From: Candidatus Bipolaricaulota bacterium
GTDB lineage: Bacteria; Bipolaricaulota; Bipolaricaulia; UBA7950; UBA9294
DNA length: 64,000 bases
NCBI GenBank assembly: GCA_040752575.1
Contig: JBFMGK010000015.1
Location: 23,779-87,778, forward strand
Direction of reading: 5' to 3'
A program made the position numbers and the translations under genes. Below are positions 49,688 through 57,264 of this stretch, piece after piece. The stretch's first letter is position 1. The number at the start of each line of letters is the position of its first letter. The notes under the pieces were generated by a model that ran no database searches, was not told where the DNA came from, and saw nothing but the letters and a program-made list of their open reading frames with translations.

Positions 49688-51750
49688 GGGCAACCTCCTT
49701 GCGCCGACGGGCCGCGCGTCGCGCGAACGGCGCGCGCATCCCCGACGAGAGCGCCGTGCTCGAGAGAGAACACGGGGTTGAGATCGAGTTCTTCGAGATC
49801 GGGATAGCGAAACGGCAGCTCCGAGACGTGGGCGACGAGCGCCGCGAGGGCTCGGACGTCGCGCGGCGGGCGCCCGCGGAAGGCGCCCAAGAGGGCGGCG
49901 CCGCGCAACTCCTGCAGCATCACCGCCGCCTCGTCCGCGTCGATCGGCGCGACGCGCAGCGCGACGTCGGCGAGCGCTTCGGCCGCCGTGCCCCCAAGGC
50001 CGACGGCGACGACGGGGCCGAACTGCCGGTCGCGCGTCACGCCAACGAGGACTTCGACGGCGTCGCCGATCATCGGGACGACGAGCGCGCCGCGGAAGCC
50101 CACGCCGCTCGCCCGCGCAGCCAGTGCGGCGAACGCCCGCTTCGCCTCATCGGCACTCGCGACGCCGAGCGCGACGCCGCCGACGTCGGTCTTGTGCACG
50201 ACGCCGGTCGCAACGACTTTCAGCGCAACGGGAACGCCGAACGCGCGCGCCGCGGCCGCGGCCTCGTCGGCCGTCGCCGCGAAGCGATGGGACGGAACGG
50301 GCAGGCCTTCGCCGGCGAGCCAGGCGAGCGCGTCGGGCTCAGCGAGCACTCGGTCGGACCCGGGCAGCTCGCCGGCCGCCGCGGGGACCGAAGCCGGAGG
50401 CCGGGCGGCGTCGGCCGTCCACATGGCGATTCTGGAGATCGCGTCGACGGCCCGCTCGCCGGTCGCGAAGTTCGGCACGCCGCCCGCGACGAGGACGGGC
50501 AACGCCGAGGCCACGGTCTTCCCGGCCAAGAACGACGCGGCAACGGGCTTGCCCGTCGTCCGCGCCGCCGCAACGACGCCGCGCGCGATCGGCGCCGCGT
50601 CGAGGTATGGAACGTTCACGTCGATCGCAAGCGCGGCGTCGAGCTCGGCGAGGGCCGCGACGAGCGCGTCGCGGTACGCGTCCTCGCCGCCCTGCACGGT
50701 CAGGTCGATCGGGTTGCCGAGGCTCGCAAGCGGCGGCGTGCAGGCGCGCAGGCGGTCGGTCAGGGACTCGCTCGGCGGCGCCACGTCGAGTCCGGCGGCA
50801 GTGGCCGCGTCGGCGGCGAGCACGCCGGGCCCGCCGGAGTTCGTGACGATCGCCAGCCGCTTCCCGCGGACGGGCGGCAGCGAGACGAAGCCGCGGCAAA
50901 CGTCGAACAGCTCTTCGATTCCGCGAACGCGCAGCGCGCCGCACTGGCGAAGCGCGGCGTCGTAGACGGCGTCGGCGCCGGCGAGCGACCCGGTGTGCGA
51001 CAGCGTCGCGCGGCCGCCAGCGGCCGAGCGGCCGGACTTGATGACGACGAGCGGCTTGCGCGATGCCGCCCGCTCGGCCGCGGCGAGGAACGCCCGCCCG
51101 TCGGAGACGGTCTCGAGGTAGAGCGCGATCACGCGCGTTTCGTCGTCGCCTGAGAGCGCGTCGAGGAGGTCGATCTCGTTCAGGTCGGCGCCGTTGCCGT
51201 ACGAGACGAACTTCGAGAAGCCCAGCCCTTGCTCTTCGGCCCACGATAAGACGGCGCCGCCGAGCGCGCCGCTCTGCGAGACGAACGCGACGTCGCCGCG
51301 CGGCGGACGGGTTTCGAGCGTCGGAAAGAGGTCGCGCTTTGTATTCACGAGCCCGGCGCAGTTGGGGCCAAGAAAGCGGATGCCATGACGGCGGGCGACG
51401 CGGACGAGCTCGGCCTCCCGCTCGCGCTCGCCGACTTCGGAGAAGCCGGCGGTGATCACGGCCGCGGCGCGAACGCCTGCGCGTCCGGCGTCGTCGAACG
51501 TCGCGGCAACGGTCTCGGCCGGCGACGCGACGACGACGAGGTCGACAAGGTGCCCGGCGGCCGCGAGTTCGCCGACCGAGCGCGCCGCCGCAGCGACGCC
51601 GGGCGCGCCGTCGGCACGCGGATTCACGGCGTAGACGGGCGAGAAGCCGCCGGAAACGAGCTGGTCGACGAGCACGCGGCCGATCTTGCCTTCGCCCATC
51701 GAGCCGACGACGGCGACGCCGCGCGGCTCGAACAGCGCGGCGAGGCTCAT
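49684..51750 (-). CDS. ADP-forming acyl-CoA synthetase (ACD alpha-beta fusion)
   Basis: GPNCAG, SQSGALG, SHTGSLAG, TNSGGPG, HKTDVGGV, ELDLNP. Confidence 0.92.
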   Translation of the reverse strand: MSLAALFEPRGVAVVGSMGEGKIGRVLVDQLVSGGFSPVYAVNPRADGAPGVAAAARSVGELAAAGHLVDLVVVASPAETVAATFDDAGRAGVRAAAVITAGFSEVGEREREAELVRVARRHGIRFLGPNCAGLVNTKRDLFPTLETRPPRGDVAFVSQSGALGGAVLSWAEEQGLGFSKFVSYGNGADLNEIDLLDALSGDDETRVIALYLETVSDGRAFLAAAERAASRKPLVVIKSGRSAAGGRATLSHTGSLAGADAVYDAALRQCGALRVRGIEELFDVCRGFVSLPPVRGKRLAIVTNSGGPGVLAADAATAAGLDVAPPSESLTDRLRACTPPLASLGNPIDLTVQGGEDAYRDALVAALAELDAALAIDVNVPYLDAAPIARGVVAAARTTGKPVAASFLAGKTVASALPVLVAGGVPNFATGERAVDAISRIAMWTADAARPPASVPAAAGELPGSDRVLAEPDALAWLAGEGLPVPSHRFAATADEAAAAARAFGVPVALKVVATGVVHKTDVGGVALGVASADEAKRAFAALAARASGVGFRGALVVPMIGDAVEVLVGVTRDRQFGPVVAVGLGGTAAEALADVALRVAPIDADEAAVMLQELRGAALLGAFRGRPPRDVRALAALVAHVSELPFRYPDLEELDLNPVFSLEHGALVGDARAVRATRGPSAQGGCP

Positions 51751-52349
51751 CGCGCCCCCGCGGCCTCGAGGCCGAGCCGGAACGCGGCGACGTTCGCGTC
51801 GCGCGCCCGCGGCCATCGCGCGGCCACGGCCGCTTCGACGTCGGCAGGGTCGAGAACGGCGGCGAGCGCGGCGACGGTGCACGCCGCGCCGAGCAAGACG
51901 ACGTTCGCCGCCGCCGGACGTCCGCCGACGGCCGGGATCTTCGACGGCAACAGGACGATCGGCGTCGCGCCCGACGCGCCGACGGCCGCGACGACGTCGT
52001 CCAGCGTCGGATAGCGCGCTCGCCCGAGCTGGACGCCGGTCGGCTCCCAGACGTCGTCGTAGAGGAGGAACGCGCCGCCCGGCCGCACGTAGCCGATGCC
52101 GCGCAGCGCTTCGGAACGCTCGGTCGCGAGCACGAGGTCGGCCGATTGGGCGGCGATCCGCGGCCCGACAGCGTCGCGCCCGATCCGCAGCTCGGCCTTC
52201 ACGAACCCGCCGCGCTGCGCCATCCCCTTCGTCGGCGCGAACGACGCCGGAACGCCGCGGGCGAGCGCGGCCTTCAGCAACAGCTCGCCGATCGTCAACA
52301 CGCCCTGCCCACCGACCCCGACGAGGACGATGTCGCACCCGCGGCTCAC
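51747..52349 (-). CDS. iorB: Indolepyruvate:ferredoxin oxidoreductase beta subunit
   Basis: GVGGQG, GMAQRGG, E..EALR, NVVLLGA. Confidence 0.92.
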   Translation of the reverse strand: MSRGCDIVLVGVGGQGVLTIGELLLKAALARGVPASFAPTKGMAQRGGFVKAELRIGRDAVGPRIAAQSADLVLATERSEALRGIGYVRPGGAFLLYDDVWEPTGVQLGRARYPTLDDVVAAVGASGATPIVLLPSKIPAVGGRPAAANVVLLGAACTVAALAAVLDPADVEAAVAARWPRARDANVAAFRLGLEAAGAR

Positions 52350-54412
52350 GGCCGGCCTCCTCGCTTGCCGTCGAAGCCCCCGCCGTCGGGCTTCGACCCC
52401 AGCTGCCCGCCATCGCGCCCCGGCGGGCAGCCGAGAGCCTGCGTCGGGCACACCGCGGCGCAGAGGCCGCAGCCATTACACAGGGCCGCGTCGATCACGA
52501 TCGCGCCAGCCGCGTTACCTGTCGGCGACCTGAACGACAAAGCTGGACAGCCGGTGATCTGGATGCAGCGCTTGCAGAGGACGCACTTCGCGGCGTCGAT
52601 TTGGATCGGCGCGCCTGCCGCCCCGCGGCGCCGCGATTGGATCGCGCACTCCTGCCGGGCAAGAAGCACGCGCACGCCCGTCGCCTCTTTCAGGAAGTCG
52701 GTCAAGATCGCCGTCGTCGCCGCGAGGTCGAAGGGGTCCGAGATGGCGAAGCGGTCGACGCCGAGCGCGGGGATCACAGTCGCGAGGTCGATCCGCCGCC
52801 CGCCACGCTGCTCGCCTTCGTCGGTGCCCGGATTCACCTGCATGCCGGTCATCGCCGTCCAGCCGTTGTCCATCACGACGACAACGAGCGGCGTCCGGTG
52901 CTGCACGGCGTTCAGGAGTCCCGGGATGCCGCCGTGGAAGAACGTCGAGTCGCCGATCGTCGCGACGACAGGCGTCGTGAGGCCGGCGTGGACGTAGCCC
53001 TGCGCGAGGCTGACGCTCGAGCCCATCGAGACCTCGTTCCACAAGAGGTCGAACGGCGGGTTCATCCCGAGGATCGTGCAGCCGATGTCGCCGGTGACCA
53101 TGACCTCATCCTGCTTGAAGCCCGCCTTCTTGATCGCCGCCTCGATCGCCATGTACGTCCCGCGATGCGGGCATCCGGCGCAAACAGTGATAGGCCGCGG
53201 CGCGGCCATGTGTGCGCAGGAGAGAACCGTCTCGAATTCAGCGGCTCCGGACGGTTCTTCTGTAAGGTGGTCCTCGCAACGACCACCGGCGCCGGCTGCA
53301 ACAGTGATCGGGCGAGGCGCTGGTTCAGCCTGTAGCTTGTAGCTCGTAGCTTGTGGGGCCTCTCCGACAGCCCCCACAGGCCGCGAGCTGCATGCCACAA
53401 GCCCGGCAACGATCTCCGCCATCCCGTATTCGCCGGATCGGCTCAGCGTTCCGTCGAGCTTGCCGACGATCGGGCCGGCAAAGCCGACGCGGCGCGCGGC
53501 CAACAGAACGTCGCGCTCAAGATGGGGTTCGAGTTCCTCAAGGACGAGGACGGCGCCAACGTGGCCGAGGAGCGTCTCGACCTCGGCAACGGGGAACGGA
53601 ACGGTCGACGCAGCGCGGAGGATCGAGACGTCACCTGCGTTCAGGCCGGCCGCGGCCAGACCCTCGCCGAGCGCACTGACCGGGGCGCCGACGGCGATGA
53701 CCCCGAGCCCGCCGGGTTTTCCGAGCGTCAGCCGATGGGCGCCGCGCTCGTGAAGCCACCTCCCGGCCGCCTCGAGCCGTTCGAGCAGCGCCTCGTGCTG
53801 GCCAAGGCAGATCGCCGACCCGGCCTTCGTGTACCGCGCGTTGTCGCGCTCCAGGAGCGGCGGAGAAGGCGGTTCAAGCGGACCCTCGTCGTCGACCTGG
53901 ACGATCGCGTGCGTCAGCGCAACGGCTGTCGTCAAGCGCAAAAAAACGAGCCCGCCGATCGCCTCGGAAAGGTCGAACGCGAGCTGCGCGAAGCGATAGG
54001 CCTCCTCGACCGAAGACGGCTCGAGCATCGGCGCGTCGGTCATGAGCGCGAACCCGCGGGTGTCCTGCTCCGGCATCCCGGCCGAAACGCCCGGGTCGTC
54101 GGCGACGTAGACCACGAGCCCGCCGTTCGTCCCCGAGTACGCGATCGAGACGACCGCGTCGTACGCGACGTTCAGGCCCGACATCTTCATCGTGCAGAGC
54201 GCCCGCCGCCCGGCCCACGCCGCGCCCGCCGCGATCTCGAACGCCACCTTCTCGTTCGTCGACCACTCCACATGCCGACCCGGAAGATCACGCAAGAGAA
54301 GACTCGCCAGCGCCTCCGTCGACGGCGTCCCCGGATAGCCCGTCACAACCCGGACTCCGGCGCGCAACGCACCCAAGGCAAGAGCTTCGTTTCCCGTGAC
54401 GATCTTCTTCAT
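52346..54412 (-). CDS. iorA: Indolepyruvate:ferredoxin oxidoreductase alpha subunit
   Basis: GNEA, YPGTPSTE, NEKVA, CAGCPHR, GDIGC, IGDSTFFH, two C-terminal 4Fe-4S motifs. Confidence 0.95.
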   Translation of the reverse strand: MKKIVTGNEALALGALRAGVRVVTGYPGTPSTEALASLLLRDLPGRHVEWSTNEKVAFEIAAGAAWAGRRALCTMKMSGLNVAYDAVVSIAYSGTNGGLVVYVADDPGVSAGMPEQDTRGFALMTDAPMLEPSSVEEAYRFAQLAFDLSEAIGGLVFLRLTTAVALTHAIVQVDDEGPLEPPSPPLLERDNARYTKAGSAICLGQHEALLERLEAAGRWLHERGAHRLTLGKPGGLGVIAVGAPVSALGEGLAAAGLNAGDVSILRAASTVPFPVAEVETLLGHVGAVLVLEELEPHLERDVLLAARRVGFAGPIVGKLDGTLSRSGEYGMAEIVAGLVACSSRPVGAVGEAPQATSYKLQAEPAPRPITVAAGAGGRCEDHLTEEPSGAAEFETVLSCAHMAAPRPITVCAGCPHRGTYMAIEAAIKKAGFKQDEVMVTGDIGCTILGMNPPFDLLWNEVSMGSSVSLAQGYVHAGLTTPVVATIGDSTFFHGGIPGLLNAVQHRTPLVVVVMDNGWTAMTGMQVNPGTDEGEQRGGRRIDLATVIPALGVDRFAISDPFDLAATTAILTDFLKEATGVRVLLARQECAIQSRRRGAAGAPIQIDAAKCVLCKRCIQITGCPALSFRSPTGNAAGAIVIDAALCNGCGLCAAVCPTQALGCPPGRDGGQLGSKPDGGGFDGKRGGRP

Positions 54413-54510
54413 AGAGCGCAGAGATTATCCGCGGTCTTCCGAGCCGCGTCACCTACGAAGCACTGCCCGCGCCCTTGTGTGACTAGGATGCGGCGATCGA
54501 GCCGGCCTCG

Positions 54511-54630
54511 TGTAGCGTCGGGAGCAAGCCCTTGGCGTCGAGGCCAAGGGACTCTCCGACGTTCGGAATGAGCCTGGCTGCCGGGTGACGGCCCCATAGC
54601 CCAACGTCGCACACAGGGTGCGACGCTACA
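54511..54630. repeat. Inverted pair of GTAG-type REP-like hairpins (REPIN-like)
   Basis: TGTAGCGTCGGGAG...CTCTCCGACGTT (54511-54563) and, on minus, TGTAGCGTCGCACCCTGTGTGCGACGTT (54603-54630). Confidence 0.7.
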
Positions 54631-54649
54631 GGGGCCAGCGTCCTCGCCT

Positions 54650-55320
54650 CCGACCATGGACTACGGACCCCGGACTGCGCACCGCGGACTGCGCACCGTC
54701 AACCCAACGAACTCCACGAACCCAATGAACTCAACAACCCGCTCGCCCGCGCCTGCGGACTATGGACTGCGCCGCCGCATCTCGCTTTCCAGCTCGGAAG
54801 AAGAAACCGACCCGCAGAGCAGGTCGGCTCGAGCCAATATAGTAACCGCAATCATTAGACACCGTGGGCGGCACTCTGTCAAGTGTGATGGCGTCGGCCG
54901 GGATTCCCGCTCGCGAACCGCACCCCCCGGACCCCGGACCATGGACCACGGACTGCGCACCGTCTCTTTGCAGGCGGCTAAGGCCGGAACGGATCAGCTC
55001 AGCAACCAACGTCGGAGACAAGCGCCGACGCTACGTGGGACAAGGAACTCTCGTCGATCCCCCGGACCCCGGACCGCGCACTGTGGACTGTGGACTGCGG
55101 ACCGCGCACTACGCCGTTCGCAACCCAACGAACCCTACGAACCCAATGAACTCAACAAACCGCTCGCCCGCGCCCTCCGGACCCCGGACCATGGACCACG
55201 GACTGCGCACTGCGCACTGCGCACCGCGGACTGCGGACCCCGCCCCTCGCAACTCAACGAACCCAACGAACTCCACGAACCCAATGAACTCAACAAACCG
55301 CTCGCCCGCGCCCCGCGGAC
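54650..55320. repeat. Left composite array: 7-mer runs, three 9-mer blocks, one REP hairpin
   Basis: G(G/C)AC(C/T)NN heptamers; AACYCHAYR nonamer blocks at 54701, 55122, 55251, each followed by CCGCTCGCCCGCGCC; REP at 55008-55035. Confidence 0.9.
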
Positions 55321-55327
55321 TCCCCCC

Positions 55328-55356
55328 TTGACGCGATGTCTATCAAATGATACATT
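55328..55356 (+). promoter_or_regulatory. TA promoter with overlapping operator
   Basis: TTGACG-N17-TACATT with extended TG; palindrome TATCA-AA-TGATA at 55341-55352. Confidence 0.75.
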
Positions 55357-55361
55357 CGGGC

Positions 55362-55733
55362 GTGCAAGAGCCTGGCGAAGACATCGAGCGAGCCTGGGTT
55401 GTCGCGTTCTTGATGCGATTCAAGGCGTTGGCATCTGCGGATCGGATGGTCGTATTCCAAAGGAAGAACTACATCGAAACCCTAGGCGCGCTCGGCACAC
55501 TGCCACACCAAGCGGAGGAGGTCATTCTGGGCCTCACGTTCGAGGACTACTACAGGGGTGCAGGAGCAGGCGAAAGAGATAGAGAGGAAGTCTGCGAGTT
55601 CGGAGCACGCGTGGCAGGGGAGGAAGTCTACATCAAGCCGATCATCGATAGGGCGCACTCAAAGGCCATCTGCTGCTCGTTTCACATCGCCGAGAGGGAA
55701 ATCGGCTACCCGTTTGCGCAAGACGGGTCGTAA
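55362..55733 (+). CDS. MqsR-like (RelE superfamily) toxin
   Basis: RKNYIETL..LG......IL.L...DYY.G...EFG......VYIK......CCSFH.AE..I.YPF; alternative ATG at 55347. Confidence 0.8.
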   Translation: MQEPGEDIERAWVVAFLMRFKALASADRMVVFQRKNYIETLGALGTLPHQAEEVILGLTFEDYYRGAGAGERDREEVCEFGARVAGEEVYIKPIIDRAHSKAICCSFHIAEREIGYPFAQDGS

Positions 55734-55743
55734 GGAGGAAGCC

Positions 55744-56793
55744 GTGCCAGAGGTGTTCTGCCCCCAATGCAAGGCTCAGCGCGAGCCGAAGGTCCATCGC
55801 CGGGATGAGACGATCACGGTCAAGGGCGAACCCGTAGAGATTCAGGCGAACGTGGCCGTGTGCGCCGAGTGCGGCGAAGACCTCTTTGTCGCTGAGCTGG
55901 AGGAACACAACGTCAAGCGAGCTTTCGACATCTATCGACGTCGCCACGACCTGCTCACCGCAAGCCAGATCAGGGAGCTTCGAGAGCGCTACGGGCTCTC
56001 GCAAAGAGGTCTGGCGCAGCTCCTGGGTTGGGGGGAGGTCACCGTCAGTCGCTATGAGAACGGCGCGATCCAGACGCGTGGACACGACCAGTTCCTTCGA
56101 CTGCTTCGGGATCCGGAGAATGTCCGCAGGCTGTTGGACGAGGGGCAGTTCGAGCTCCCCGCTCACATCGCCGACCACCTGACGGAGCGCCTTGCGGCCC
56201 TCCAAAAGGCGAAAGCCCCGGACTCGCTCGCCACGTGCCTGCAGAGCGCTCTAGACTCCGGTTCTCCCGGCCCGCTCAATGGGTACAGGCGGTTCGACCT
56301 CGAGAAGATGCATCAGGCCTCAGCGTACCTGGCCTCAGCCGTCAAGCACTTCTTCAAGACAAAGGCCACGAAGCTCCTTTGGTATGCGGACTTTCTCGCG
56401 TTCCGAAGTCAGGCCTCGTCCATCACGGGGTGTGAGTACGTGGCCGCGAGATTCGGCCCCGTTCCGCGGGAGTTCGACCTGCTGTTCGCTGAGATGGTCA
56501 AGAGTGGAGTCCTGTCCGTGGTCGAAATCGCCTTCGATGCGCCGAACGGCAATGACGTGGGTGGCGAGATGTACACGCCAACTCGGGAACCGAATCTTGC
56601 GGACTTCTCCGCGATCGAGAAGAGGTGTCTCGAGGTTGTCGCTGCCGAGTTCGGCGAGTTGACTGCGCGTCAGGTGGTCGAGCGCGCGCATCGCGAGGAC
56701 GCGTACAAGCGCGTTTACGAGGACGGCAGGCAGTGGAAGCCGATCCCGTATGATCTCGCTGCGACGCTGAGTCTCCCCGCCGTCTACAAGTAG
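55744..56793 (+). CDS. Antitoxin: MqsA-like Zn ribbon + XRE HTH + Panacea (DUF4065) domain
   Basis: CPQC...CAECGE; IRELRERYGLSQRGLAQLLGWGEVTVSRYENG; KLLWYADF...SITG..Y....GPVP; RBS TAAGGAGG. Confidence 0.88.
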   Translation: MPEVFCPQCKAQREPKVHRRDETITVKGEPVEIQANVAVCAECGEDLFVAELEEHNVKRAFDIYRRRHDLLTASQIRELRERYGLSQRGLAQLLGWGEVTVSRYENGAIQTRGHDQFLRLLRDPENVRRLLDEGQFELPAHIADHLTERLAALQKAKAPDSLATCLQSALDSGSPGPLNGYRRFDLEKMHQASAYLASAVKHFFKTKATKLLWYADFLAFRSQASSITGCEYVAARFGPVPREFDLLFAEMVKSGVLSVVEIAFDAPNGNDVGGEMYTPTREPNLADFSAIEKRCLEVVAAEFGELTARQVVERAHREDAYKRVYEDGRQWKPIPYDLAATLSLPAVYK

Positions 56794-56811
56794 CGCCCTG
56801 TAGGCACTCTA

Positions 56812-57262
56812 GTAGCGCCGGGCCAGATGCCCCGAGGGCTCAGCGAACCCGCCCCGCGCCCTGCGGACCGGCTTCTCACAAGCAGCTGAGGCCGGAACGG
56901 ATCAGCTTAGCAGCCAACGTCGGAGACAAGCTCCGACGCTACGTGGGACAAGGAGCTCTCGTCGATCCCCGGACTCCGGACTCCGGACCGCGGACCGCGG
57001 ACCGCGCACTACGCACTACGCCGTTCGCAACCCAACGAACCCTACGAACCCAACGAACTCAATGACCCGTCGCGCCCCGCCCCACGCACCCGTGACTCCG
57101 GACCATGGACTCCGGACCGCGCACCGCGCACCGTCAACCCAACGAACTCCACGAACCCAATGAACTCAACAAACCGCTCGCCCGCGCCCCGCGCACTGCG
57201 GACCGCGGACCGCGCACTGCGCACCGCGGACTATGGACTGCGGACTCCGGACCCCGGACTGC
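56812..57262. repeat. Right composite array: REP hairpin, 7-mer runs, two 9-mer blocks
   Basis: 56879-57062 is an imperfect direct copy of 54971-55156; REP at 56916-56943; nonamer blocks at 57029 and 57136; heptamers run up to the xdh stop codon. Confidence 0.9.
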
Positions 57263-57264
57263 CT

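Noticed and set aside
54854..54882. Minus-strand promoter TTGACA-N17-TCTAAT toward iorA
   Set aside because: The -10 lacks the conserved second-position A and lies more than 400 nt away across repeats; not supportable
54656..55582. 308-aa ORF and other ORFs across the repeat arrays
   Set aside because: Translations simply mirror the 7-mer/9-mer periodicity, lack an RBS and overlap the TA promoter and toxin
55362..56793. Prophage, IS or integron origin of the TA pair
   Set aside because: No integrase, transposase, terminal inverted repeats with target duplication, or attC R-box structure recognised
54650..57262. CRISPR array
   Set aside because: No constant repeat with unique equal-length spacers, the intervening DNA is itself repetitive, and no cas genes are present
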